This document shows, piece after piece, positions 12,043-24,510 of a stretch of 64,000 nucleotides of DNA. The stretch's first letter is position 1. The number at the start of each line of letters is the position of its first letter. Where the stretch lies: assembly GCA_002633005.1 (NCBI GenBank), contig NMRA01000881.1:46675-110674 (forward strand), given 5' to 3'. The notes beneath the pieces were generated by a model. The model was not told where the DNA came from and did not search any database. It saw only the letters and a list, made by a program, of their open reading frames with translations. The DNA is from Phoronis australis (lineage: Eukaryota; Animalia; Phoronida). A program made the translations under genes and the position numbers.

Positions 12043-13729
12043 GGTGTCTTATCATCAGAAAATAAGTGGAATGGAGAAATACCCGAAGCGAAATAAACAG
12101 TGAAATACACGTGACAGCAGGAAGATGAGAATACAAGCAGTGTGTGAATGTATAACACGGTAGGAAACCCGCAAGCCTGATGAAACAGAGCCAGCGTGCG
12201 GGCTGTGAGCTGCTCATTCAAAACACGTTTTTCATGACTGATCAACAGGGACTCCAAAATCTTTAACCTAAATGTGTAATTTTCAACATAACGAATGATG
12301 GTATTGTCCACTATTTCTTGCCTAGTTAATTTTCGGTCGTGTTGGTTTACAAAATAATCTTGAATGGACCCACCCTGAAAGTGCAACCGTCGCGAGAGTG
12401 AACACACCGCTGGCTGTTCACTAGAAGGACATGACGTGCGGATTAGTAAACAGTATTACATTTGGCCACTGGTCGTGGTATTTCACTACTGGGTTTGTTT
12501 GTCATGACAAAGTGATGTGGCTTTATTTTCTGATCATAAATGGTTACATTCAATCCATCACCAGGTTTGACCACCCCAATGTCATCCGTTACAATCTTCT
12601 TAAGCACATGTTCAAGACATACTGTTCCTAAAATACACGTTCTTAGTGGTACTAGTACTAGGTTCAGTGTTTACAAGCGGATCAATCCTAGATATGAAAG
12701 ACCCAACATGGTTATCAACAAAAGAATTAATATAACCATTCTTAACTAGAACTTCTTTTATGTGTTAAACATTAACGTTGAGTGCTTGGCGCGCCCTCTT
12801 GAGGTAAGTAGTCAGAACTGCTAGTTTGTGTCTTTCAGGGCATAGCCCTCACATAGTATTAAAATGTCTATGGTTCAGGCTAGTCATTTTTAACATGTAA
12901 ACAGGCATCAATAGTTGTAGGTTTATGATAAACTGAAGTATGAGATCCACCGTCAGAATAATGTACAAGGACATCGATAAAAGCCAACTTTTCACAGAAG
13001 GCAATTCATGCATGAATACTTGGATACTGAAAAAACTGTTGCGTCACTGCTATGCGAAGCAACTCAACAAACTTACAAATACTCAAGGACGAAACTTATG
13101 ATTTTATTTTGGAGTGTGTGTAACCCAATATGCCCAACAGCTGCTATCCGCCCAAAAACCTAAGGAGACGGAGTGGAAACATACAAGTTTGATATTAAAG
13201 GCAATTTAACTACTGATCGTAGGCTTGAGTATGAAAAATTTTATTAACCTTTAGTGATTGAATAACTCGAAAACTTTCCCAGTATCAAAACATACATTAC
13301 AGTTCGATTGGCTGGCATACCAATGCCTTGGCCAAGGGTATCTTATTCGAAACTCATTAAACATTCATGCCGTCGGTAGTATTCGAGTACAAATGCGAAA
13401 GTTTATTCGAAGCACGTCGTGAAATTATTAAGTTTTAGAGTCGAGCTCCGAGCCTTGACGTCGTCGAATGTGCATTCCTCCGTTTTTTCGGCTCAGAACC
13501 TATGCCATGGTATCGGTCAAGTGTTTTTATTTTGCAAGTAGAACCAAGTCATCTAGTAGTCTTTCACTGCTCATTGCAGAGTACAGAGAGACAACTTTTG
13601 TAAGCATATAAAGATATCCGCCTTGTTTTATGACAATCCAAAGCTGTTGAAGTTTAGTCAAATCTTGTTGGCATTCGCATTATTCTTTTGCCTATGAACT
13701 TTGCTCCGACTGTTTAACTGGAACCTAGC

Positions 13730-14070
13730 ATTAACGGTTAGCTCTTACGACGCTACAAGTGCATTACATTGTTTCTTCTGAACATCATATGTCAAAAACA
13801 AGAGATCGGATTTGTATGAAACATTCATATACTATGCTTCATGCACTAGTCTCAGAAATGATGAGGATTTATTTTTAAAGTGATCCAATTTTGCATGAGG
13901 AGCTATCAATAAAGGTTTGCAAATTTTTTACAAAAAAATGAAAAGTTTCATGAAACGAGAACGAGCCGATAACTTAAATAACTAACAGAATTTCGAGATT
14001 TCATCTCGAACATTTACATATATGTCAAATAACATTTGGTAGGACGTTATTGATACCGTTGTTCGACAAT
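13730..14070. repeat. Dispersed repeat, homologous to 38279-38615 (old DNA-transposon fragment, possibly Kolobok-like)
   Basis: Shared blocks ttttgcatgaggagcta, gatttcatct, tcaaataa..tttggt and gataccgt.gtt in the same order; both begin near a TTAA. Confidence 0.5.
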
Positions 14071-15731
14071 GGTTGCTAAATTTTGATAAAAATGTAGCGG
14101 TAGATTGGTATAATGTCAAAAACCAAATTTCACAGGCTCTCTGCTTTCAGAGAATAGATATTTTTCTTGAGTTAAATTTTATATTTTTTAGGTATTTGAC
14201 TGGGTGCACAGACTTGTTGGTAAAGTCTTACGTAACGTTGGGGAAAGGGATTTTGTTTCGTTAGCATACCGTTGGACGGACTGCGTGTGCGATTACGCGA
14301 TGGGGTAGATCTCGGAAAATGACTTTTCTCGTCGATAATGTGATTAATGTCTTCATCTGTTGCTTTGTGATAAGAGGTTTTACTTTTCATGACCACGTGC
14401 ACGAACATTACAGCAAAAGCAAGCTCGGATGTCAACATTTTTCTCATCAATGGGTTGCTTAACTTGCGTAGTGTCATGTACCGGCGATTTCCGAACGAAC
14501 CCTCAGTGACTGCACTTAAGATAACAACAATCATCTTAGTGGTGGCGACTTCGGAAGCGATGATTTGTTTCTTCTTCCTAGATTTTAACTTAGGTTGGCT
14601 TAAAATAGAATGTGTTTCGTAGACGGTAGAATTTCGCGAAGAAAGCAAGTATGATCACGTGCTTTCCTTGTTACACACGATCATCTATCGCGCAGTCGTG
14701 TACGATCTCTCGTTTTGCTAGTTTCTCGCATCTACGGAACCCATGCCAAGTTCAAATTCATTTTATCAGAAGTTTGGCTACTAGGAAAGCAGTACGGCTT
14801 CAGCTCCATTGACAAGTCACTGGTACACGTGAAATACTTCAACTGTCCTTTTAAGGGCGAAACTTGAGGAAATCATGACATTTTGTCACATGTCCAATAA
14901 CTTTGTCGCGTTCAGACAATGCAAAGCGATCCAGAAAGAGCCCGTATAGTCCTTGTTTCCGAAAGAAACATGGGGGCATTACTTGTATGTTGGTACGGAA
15001 TACCCGGTGTGTGGCCAGTACCAGCGACTTACTTAATAATTCTATGACGAAATTAATTGAGCTCGCCGAAAATAAAATTTAACCCTGTTGTACGTCGATT
15101 TGAAAATTGTTTAACTTTGAAATAGCATCACTTCCTATTCCTTTAAAGAGGCCTGGAACGCGATAAAAAGACCAATTTACAACATTGAAAGTGGTTATCT
15201 TTACTAATACAGAATTTAATCAGCACACCGGGTATTTTTACATTTTTTCTTAAAGATTTTTAATTTCTTTTGATAGCAAAGCATTTTATTTTAGTTTTAA
15301 ATTTCAAAAAACGATCTATCTGTCGACTGCTCGCCACTTCTCCCACAATGCAAAGCCGTCTCCTTACTTGGTATGGCAAGACATAGACTAACACACATTT
15401 CTCTTATATGAACAATGTGACCTTTGACCTCAAACGGCTTCAAGAAATTGACTGTGAACCCATGTGCGCATTTTTCGTAAGTAGAAGGGGGATTACAAAT
15501 TCTGTGGTGACCACAGAGTTTTTCCTAAGCGGTAAATTTCGAAAAGCGTGAATTTTGTGGGTTTTTTGGAAATTTCCTCACAGGGAAAGTGATTTCCTCT
15601 GAACTAGACGTTGCGAGGTGGTACTTTCGTCAGGAATTGTTTAGATGATAGTTTTGAAGAGCTTTCGAGTTCTATGTCTCTTTTAACATCTAGTGCGTAC
15701 CTGCTGAATCAGGTTAATATGACCTAAATAC

Positions 15732-16197
15732 CAGGGGGGAATCAGCAATTGGTCGGTTTTCAAAACCACTTGTCCGGTTCAGATGGCAGGAGTGCAGAAA
15801 CCAATGGCCGGTGTTCTAACGTGGTGGTCGGACCTCAAAACGCGATGTCCGGTACCTCAACACCAGATGGCCGGGAACAAAATATGATTGTCCGGACCTA
15901 AAACGGGTTGGCAGGTGTTGAAACACAATGGCCGAACCAGTCGCCAGTTTTGAACAAAACAAACAAACGGGTACGACAAATAAACACTTGATATCACGTG
16001 AATCCTTCAAGACATTCAAAACGATACCGACTATCATGGTTTGGGTCCAGCCAACTAGTTTCTTAGGTGAGGCCATAGTGTTTTGAAGTCCGCACAACAC
16101 GTTTGATCACTGGCCATTTGGTTTTGCAATCCAGCCGACTAGTTTTGAAGTCCGGGCAAGCGGTTTTGAAGTCCGACCAATTGTTGATTCCCTCTTG
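15732..16197. mobile_element. Foldback-type MITE with internal short tandem subrepeats
   Basis: CAGGGGGGAATCAGCAATTGGTCGGTTTTCAAAACC vs reverse complement CAAGAGGGAATCAACAATTGGTCGGACTTCAAAACC; internal repeats of GGAC(C/T)TCAAAAC; no clean TSD. Confidence 0.65.
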
Positions 16198-19100
16198 AAG
16201 TAATACGGTGAAAAACTCGTGAAAATTGCAGTTCGAGACTCAAACTCTGCGAAGGTAACGATTTTGAACTTGTCTTTCATTTACCTTCCTTTATACGTAT
16301 TTCATGAAGCACGTCACGTGGAAATTTTCACTGTCAAGAAAAAACAAGAAAGTGGTTAACTGTACTTAGCAATTTCACAATTGGAAGGACACGCCTATCA
16401 CAAACGAATATAAGTCCACGAGGAACCATTTTTGATTAATTTTCAAGTTTAGAAAAGATTTACTTGAAAGTTGCTTTTCCTCAACATTTTTCCTTGCCCA
16501 ACTTTTCTTGCTTTGCCCAACTGAATCCACAACTACCAGGGGTCTGTCAGACACCCGACATCTCCTGCCCCAGAAGATACGCCCGTACCTATATTGACTC
16601 ATCGGCCTCAATTCCAATGCAGATCCAGGATTTTGGGAGAAGTGAACTGAATAAATACACACGTGTGCGCACGCAAGCACGCATTAACATCTGCCCACGT
16701 ACCCACACTCAAAGGTTACTGTCAGGTCATTTTACTTGGTTGAGTTTATGATAATGAACAGAAAGCGCCACAAGAATATTCTTTGAAAAATCATTTTGTA
16801 ACATTCATAAAAGTTTCTGAACTCAACCCCCGGGCAAACACCTTATTAAACCCGTGCTTTCTGTCAAACAACAACATTTGATTTACGCCACTTACCGTTA
16901 TGAAATTGGTCTTTAATTGTTCCTTAGTCAAAAAAGCTGCGATTTCTGTGCTTGAAAATAACTGCCTCAGACCAAGGTCGCAAAATTTCAAGTTATTTTA
17001 TTAGCCTGGTTTGCAAATTATATAATGAAATTCTTTCAATTGGCTCTTTTTGGGCCAAGAGATGACTTATGAACTGATTGTGGAGTATGGTCAGACTACC
17101 TTCACAACGGTAAGTGGATTAAACCAAAACTTTGTTTACAGAACGCACAGGTTTACTGGCTGACATAAGCAGTTTTCAAAATTCGAAAGATAGTTCAAGG
17201 CTTGTGAGCTCAGAAGCAAATGCATCTGAGCACAGAGGCCATTTCAAGTTATAGTAAATAATCTCTACTCCAGCTCTTGACTGGCCTAGTTGGTGTGGTA
17301 ATACTGTCTATTCAGACATCACATTTCTCCAATACGGTTGATTCAAAAGGGGAATTTTCACGATACATGTACACACACCTACAAAATTCGTGAAATTTTG
17401 CTAGGTTTGTTTTATAGTTTATTTACATTTTCTGTATCAATAACAGGATATGAAACGGTTGTGTCAGTTAATTTGTCACTTTGAAATCACCTTGATCAAA
17501 GACAACTGAAGAACCAGTTGATGAGCGACCGCATTGAAAACACATCAAAACACCATTCCCAATCTCACAATTTCAAACGTGGACATTCAATAAACCAATT
17601 AGGAAACGTCGATAATCGCCGTGATCCCACACGGATCTGGTTATTAATTTAGTCACCTGAACAAGATTATTAATCTTTCTTTACATGTACCTAACGATGC
17701 GTTACCTTGAGGATCTACATGTATGGTAAACATTCATGAAAAAAGCAAACGGTCAATAAATCACTACCCCGTTGAGCTTGGGTTGTTTGGTTGCGCATCA
17801 CTTCTCAAGCGTCATCGATGATTTCCCGGTAATCGTTAAGATTGAAACCAAATTGAATGACGAAGGTACAGTTGTAACAAGTCTCTCGCGGAGCTTATGA
17901 AGTTAATTTAGTGTTTATAGATCTGTTTTAAGCGGTTATAAACCTATTTCCGTCACAGACCCCAAATTTTGATTGAGACTACTTCTCGTTACGAAATTGA
18001 TCTCAGAATAGGTGTGATTTATGGACTTGTAAATCACTGACACTTTGTTACTGATTTAGTCCACGCTCTTCAAGTTGACATTTTATTCAGCGAGTATGGT
18101 CTTGAGGAATAACGAACTGCCGTTGTTCTACATGATTAAAAATCACTTAAATATCATCTGTCTAAGGAAAATATTGATGCCAATTATATATCGGTAAGTG
18201 GTCTAACTGGAAAACTAGTTTCCTCGGCGGGTTCAGCATACTGCGGGCAATGTTGTGTGTTTCACAGATCAGTAAAAATCAGTTCAAAATCTCAGGTCTG
18301 CTTATCCCGAAGTCCTCCTCTTTTAAATCGACATATACCCTCCGATCATTCCTAACAACCAAGTCCATGAAAATCTCAACAGACTTCAGTTTCTGATCTC
18401 GGAATGATTGTTTGGTTGTCTTTTTAAACAACTGGGAGCATGTGGAATTCATAAGCTCGTTGGTGTTATATTTTTACAGCGTATAATAAATTGAGGTCCA
18501 TGCGATCAAAGGCTGCACAGTTTCAAATTCTCTAATCATAAGTTTGCCACATTTCGGCATTAGCAAACTACAAGCATTCTTCCTTTATCAAATAAATTTC
18601 ATTTGTAAACGAGCATTGATCTGCCTTGAGCGATAACCAAATTAAAACATTGTGTGCAAGGTTCTATTACTAGACACTTCATACAAACGTTACAAGCGTC
18701 TTTTATGTCATCATGTACAAACTTTCACCACTCTGGGTTAGTATTTGTCATTAATGCTTATAAACACAGGTTTAACATTGTACGCCGACAGCCATTCGTA
18801 GTAAAGAGAATTTCCAAATACATCAAAACGAGTCGTGGGGAACGCTTTACGACACCAGTGTGACACTACGTGCATTAGTACATTGTGAACGATGCAAGCA
18901 GACGATAGGAAATCAAAAGGCACTTCCGTAAAAGTTGTGTGAATTGGTCGAGCTTACCAGATATCGTTGCAGCAAAACAAAACAGATGTAGATGTACACC
19001 CTTTATTGTCTAGAAGCATGAATATAAATAATAATTAAATACCACAAGCTCTCAAGCGCATAAAGGTCTTCATCGGAGGGTTGAAATGGCATATCACACA

Positions 19101-19280
19101 TCTAACGAGATACGCCTCCCCCTGACGGCTGACAACCGCTCAGTCTGTATTTTGCAAGTCTTTGAACTCGTGAAAGCTTGTTTTTTTAACTGTCCATCTG
19201 TAGTAATTTTGGTGGAGAGTAAAGTGTCTTATTTTATTTTGCTAACTAAGATTTATTTGTTTCAGATATTTGAAGCAACC

Positions 19281-19345
19281 ATGGAGAAACTGCACCTACA
19301 GGCACTCCTCTTTTTGACAGTGTTTCATTTATGTGCAACTGAAAG
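19281..19345 (+). CDS. Neuropeptide precursor coding exon 1 (signal peptide)
   Basis: Exon 19266-19345 bounded by tttgtttcag| and |gtgagt; hydrophobic LQALLFLTVFHLC followed by ATES, a plausible signal-peptidase site. Confidence 0.88.
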
Positions 19346-20599
19346 GTGAGTTTACTTCTTCCTAATAACTTGAAGACAGTGGGATCATTGATTTATAGTA
19401 TAAGATAAATTAATGCCTGGGATAAATGGGTATTTAAAAGTCGAAACAGTTTCTTTGCGAAACATGCGAGTTTTGATGTTTTTGTTCGTGAACGCCATGA
19501 AAATCCTCCTTTTTGGTAGTCTTTACTGCAAGAATGAAAAACACTTTAAAAACTTTTATACACAGTGTTATGGACAAAGTTATTTAATGCCTAATGTTTG
19601 AAATTTTCAAAAGAATCTGGTCAGCTATTTCTGACATATGGTGCTCCAAATTTAGGCAAATTTAGACATTTTTCTGGAGACCTACATAACCTTTTAACTA
19701 TTTTCCATTAAAAGGGTATCGGATAAGTCCACGATTTGCCAGATCGACGATTTTAGTTTTGAATGAAATCTCTTGGAACCTCTCACTAATTCCTTTTCCA
19801 ATATTGATTTAAAAAACGATACACTGTAGATACGTTTTGATAAAAGTTTTTATTTCACAGTCAAAAAGAGGCTGGAACAGTGCGCGCTGACAGAAGAAGC
19901 TTAGATAGCTTGGGGTCTGGAATGCTGAAACGACACATCGACATACTTGGTTCTGACATGATAAAAAGGTTCGACTCTTTGGCGAAGAAGAACATCGACA
20001 GCCTCGGGTCGAATATGCTCAAGAAAAACTTAGACTCACTCGGGTCAGGAATGCTGAAACGAAAGGTTGACGCTTTAAAGCGACTTGACTCGCTGGGCTC
20101 GAATATGCTGAAAAAGAGCCTTGATTCTCTGGGAAGCGGAATGTTGAAGAGGCACATCGATACGTTAGGAAGCAATATGCTCAAGAGGCACATGGATTAC
20201 CTACAATCGAAATCTAATCCACTTGCAGTGGATGGCAAAGGCTCAAACGTACTGAAACGACCCTTGGACCAAGACGAATCTCTAGGGGAGGCTAGACGTA
20301 CGCTCGATACGATTGGCGGGAGTTTGATTGGCAGACGACAATTGGACACGATTGGTGGCGGTTTGCTTGGTCGGCGGGAGTCTGGAGCAGAAGCCCAAAA
20401 CTTCGAACGCGCATTGGATACTATAGGGGGCAATTTGATCGGCAGACGACAAGCAGACGAAATGGAAAATAGCGAGATGGAGAGAAGATATCTGGACAGC
20501 ATCGGCGGGAGTTTACTCGGTAGAAGACATGTACTTGATCGAATTGGAGGAAATTTGATAGGCCGTGACCTAAGCGAGGCTAATGAAACAGAGCAGTAA
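19281..20599 (+). CDS. Multi-copy neuropeptide precursor, pedal-peptide/orcokinin-like; spliced CDS join(19281..19345,19861..20599), 267 aa
   Basis: ATG in good context (gcaaccATGG) after an acceptor at 19265. Exon 1 encodes a signal peptide, MEKLHLQALLFLTVFHLCATE(S), and ends AG|gtgagt (phase 2). The acceptor ttttatttcacag|T at 19860 restores the frame into the 19880..20599 ORF. Repeated units such as SLDSLGSGML, NIDSLGSNML and HIDTLGSNML are flanked by KR/KK. Units TLDTIGGSLI-G, QLDTIGGGLL-G, ALDTIGGNLI-G, YLDSIGGSLL-G and HVLDRIGGNLI-G are followed by RR/R (amidation signal), with acidic spacers. Family assignment is from motif resemblance. Confidence 0.93.
19861..20599 (+). CDS. Neuropeptide precursor coding exon 2 (all peptide copies)
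   Basis: Acceptor at 19860; open frame to TAA at 20597-20599; tandem dibasic-flanked peptide units. Confidence 0.93.
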
Positions 20600-21174
20600 A
20601 AAGGTTTAAAATACATAACTTAAAGACTTACAGCTCTCTTATTTTACAAACTCATCACCGTTACACTCAGTTGTGCTAACACATTCGTGTTCTCACGCAA
20701 TTCTCAACCTTCGTGAAAATCACTTTCATGTCTGCAAATAACTGTCCCTTCAATCCGTAAAAGAATTTTTCTTAGTCCTCGATGATTGAAATGTCTAAAA
20801 AATGTAATTAAATATTCGGGTAATTGTTCATTATCACGATTATACAGGACACTTTTATCTCTGAGCACGAATTTCTGCGACTTCTCTACGTAGGTTCAAA
20901 TTACTGCATCAGTTTTTTTATTAGAGTCACAAAATCTTTTTAAAAACAATTTCCCTCTTCATTTTAGTTGCGGATATCTTCCTTGATTGATAGTCGTGTT
21001 CCGTTCGACTATAGACCATAAAATACGTGAACAAAATTTCGTGGGAATCTTGCTGTATAAGATAAATATGTTGAATACTGCCCACGATAAAGATTTGCCA
21101 CGTCCGTGGATGGATCTCAAGCCAGTCTCATATAAGGCACAATAGAATGCATTTATGCTCTTTTCGAAGATAGC

Positions 21175-21180
21175 AATAAA
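21175..21180 (+). terminator. Candidate polyadenylation signal of the neuropeptide gene
   Basis: AATAAA about 575 nt after the stop codon. Confidence 0.4.
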
Positions 21181-23386
21181 TAACACAGATATTACTTAAT
21201 ACAATTTATGAATATTTCAGAATTGCCAAGTCCTCTTATCTCCCTGGTGTAAAATTAATGGCAAGGTGGTTTTAAAAGGTCTTGAAGTGTTCGATTATCT
21301 TCTCAGTTCTCAATTTCTGCACCTCGAGGGTTTGCTATCGTGCGGCAACGTCTTGCCGATTTTGCGAATATTTCAAAAGTCAAAAAATCTCAGAAATAGC
21401 GACGAAGTCACAGGTGTAGAGAGTCAGAACCAAGCTTTTCTCAATTTAGTTTCCTCGGATCAGAATATGTAAAAATGTTTTAATTTGTAAAAAGACTGGC
21501 AACCAACAAAACTAAGTTGCAACTGGTGACAAACAAATGTACATCGTGGAACAATGTACAATGAAAAATGCACAATTTTGTCTGTCGACAATCGCACGAC
21601 GTTTACTCGTCGTATATCTGGAGAACTGAGGTCACAGGTACTCGCACTTGAACATATATATGGAACAGTACATGCAAAGTTTGATAATTCACTTCAATGT
21701 TTACGATTAAGGAGGCATAATAATCGATTATGAAAGGTAAAAATTTAACGGAATTACATGATTCATAAGAATTTCAAAAGTTTGTCAGAGCTTCTCCATC
21801 AAAAAACTTCGATTTTGTTACGTGAAGGCGCTTTCTTTTCACAACTCACCACACGTGTCAGCCATTGTCAAGGTGCCTCGTTGATGAGGTCGCTGTCCCA
21901 ATTTCAGTTTTTTAAAATTTAAAAGTTTTTATAAGGAATCGGCAATTTATAATGAAAACCGAAAAAACACAAATTTTGATGTCGAGTCTACTCCACTTTA
22001 TCCCCAAAGTGCCGAAAAAAACGCTTTTGACTATTTAATAAAAATGGTCGTTTTCATCTTTTGAAAAAAAATACAAGTCAGTTCCTTCTTACCTGTACTG
22101 AAGGCCAAAACATGGATATAATGGATGCACTCGACTGATTCTTCCGGTCTGCCGGGCAATCGGCTAATACATGTGATTGGTTTGTAAGTCAGAAGTTTTA
22201 ACCGAGCACCAATTAGTCCAGTCATTCTACAGATAACCCGGAAAAAATTGCAACAGAAGGTTTTATTGCATAAATCGTATCCTTTCATGCCCCTTAGTGA
22301 AAAAAAAAAGTCTACCGGAATCGGAGAGGCGGAAGTTGGTTTTTCAAGATGGCGGACAAAATGGCCGCCAGATTTTCTGATGCGCACTATAACTCAAGAG
22401 TGGAATGTGATAGAGTAAAAATTCAAAAAGGTTTACCTATGTTTTGTGGGTCAACAAANTTTATGCAAAAAAACCTTCTGTTGCAATTTTTTCTAGGTTG
22501 GGCCCTCTGGAGCCCTAGAATGACTGGACTAAATGAAAAGTCTTAGCTGGTTGACTCGGCGGACTGGCAAAGTCAATCAAGTGTACGCAGTCAAACAGGC
22601 TTGTCAACTCAGACAGGCCAGTTTTTAATATCAAAACGAATTGAGATATCTTGCGAGTGATGTGAAAGAGGGTTGTCCATAACCTTGTCAAACCTGATGA
22701 CATTTGTCAGTCTTGTTTGCTTGCGTATGCCCTGAATGGTTTTGTTTGGGGATATGGCTAATCTTTTACTATGGCACGAAACGATTTTGAGCATAATCTG
22801 TACAATTTTCGTGGGTTGACTATAACCTGGTTTATAATTTGCGTTTTAGTTAATGAGGAAATATCCCTACGATAATTTTTACTCGGTCCTAGTTAGAAAG
22901 TTTTGTTGCATGTAAAGGCATAAGTTACAATAAAATAAGTGGCAGCCACTCAGTAGACTTTCACATGGCATCATCGGTGGGTAACTAACAATAACAAAAT
23001 ACACACACTTCCTTCAACACAAAATTCCGACAATTTACAGCATGTACAAAACTTTCGAGGTATGGCAGGAATCTGTGACGAGTGGGAAGTTTCTTACAGC
23101 ATTGACAAAATGTTCTCTTGCAATACCACGAAATCTATAATATATAAAGAAACTTGTGATCACCTGAAACGGGAAAAAATCAATTGCAGTCTCAGTCTAG
23201 AAAACAAATATTCCATATGTTGTTGTTTTAAACGATGCGTGCACACAAAGACTGGGTCGACTTATGGAATCATTATACAACGTATTGTGATCTAAATCAT
23301 GACTCTTTTGTCGAAACAACTTCTCGATCTTTGATTTATCCCAAGACGTGGGTTTATGATTTATCAAACCCCTGATAACAATAAGC

Positions 23387-23482
23387 GGGAGGGGTAGAGA
23401 GAGGAAAAGAGAAAGGGAGGTTGGAGAAGGGAAGGAGGGAGGGACGATCGGACAGAGGAAAGGGGAGAAAGAAATAGAGAAA
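23387..23482. repeat. Polypurine (GA-rich) low-complexity tract
   Basis: Direct reading. Confidence 0.8.
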
Positions 23483-24285
23483 ATTATCACTTTTAACGCT
23501 TTCTGTTGGTGTACACCATTGTGGATGTATATCAGCTCTCTGTGTTGTTTCTGGTGTCATTTTCTGTACCTTTCAATTAGACCACTTTTCATCGCTAAAA
23601 ATTGATTTCCACTTGTTCGTTTGGCCTCTTTCACACATTGACAGTTCACTGACGACCGTTCGCAGCTGTTCGGGCAATCCACCATACTCACCTGAGAAAT
23701 TGTGTTCAAGTCGTGGACAATCCAGCTCACTGGCCTATAATTCGGAAAGACAGCTGGCATCCAACAAGTGTTTAAGATGTGTATTAATTTTTTCGTGGCG
23801 TTCTTCAATTGGCGGGTTTCCATTTTCATTCGCTAGTTGGTTACGGTCGTCACCGTCTAAAAACGTCAGCTCGTTGTTCCGCCTTACCTGCGGCGCTCCA
23901 CGACATTGTAAAATGGTGCTTTTTCAGATATTCCTGCGGGCACACGGAAGTTGGCGTTTGTTTTTTAAACGTTGAAAGTGACTACAGGGCACACTTGAAA
24001 ATGTTTAATTTTTGGCGGTTGCTCGCGGTCCTCTCGGCTGATTGCAAACTTTTGCCGGATGACTGGGGAGTCTATACGATGTCAAAATACGTTCCTCGGA
24101 GATGTCTGGCGACCATTGCCGTGGGTCCACGAACCGTCATCTGCTCCAACAATGAATGCAAGGGCCTCCAAAGTGCTGGCTACACAAGGAGTTACCTAAG
24201 AACATGACCCCTGGAACGAGTTGTAACTAGGTTTATTTGTAGTGTGGACGATAGTGCGCATTGGGGCAACTAAAGACACTTGCCT

Positions 24286-24510
24286 CAGAGGCGGATCTAC
24301 ACGGGTTCAGGGGTTCAAAACCCCCCTCGGGACAGGATTAAAAATAAAAATTGAAAAAAAATTCCCCAGATAAACGAAATCGGCTACGAAAAACCACAAA
24401 AAAATCTTACACGTGAGGTGAACCATCTCCCGACCTTAGTCCTTCCACTCGGCGCTACGCGCCTCGCCCCCCCCCCCGGACCCCTCACTGAAAACGTAGA
24501 TCTGCCACTG
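24286..24510. mobile_element. Small GC-rich MITE (CAGWGGCGGATCTAC termini, hAT-like)
   Basis: CAGAGGCGGATCTAC ... GTAGATCTGCCACTG inverted termini; poly-C/poly-A interior; TSD not recognisable. Confidence 0.6.

Noticed and set aside
14172-14648. 158-aa minus-strand ORF
   Set aside because: Non-ATG start and no recognisable domain. It has possible donors (about 14267 and 14231), but no convincing protein results; at most a non-coding or unresolved exon.
19861-20616. Minus-strand ORFs 19861..20193 and 20197..20616
   Set aside because: Antisense shadows of the repetitive neuropeptide exon.
22459-22459. Single ambiguous base (n)
   Set aside because: Assembly ambiguity within transposon-like sequence; no biological signal.
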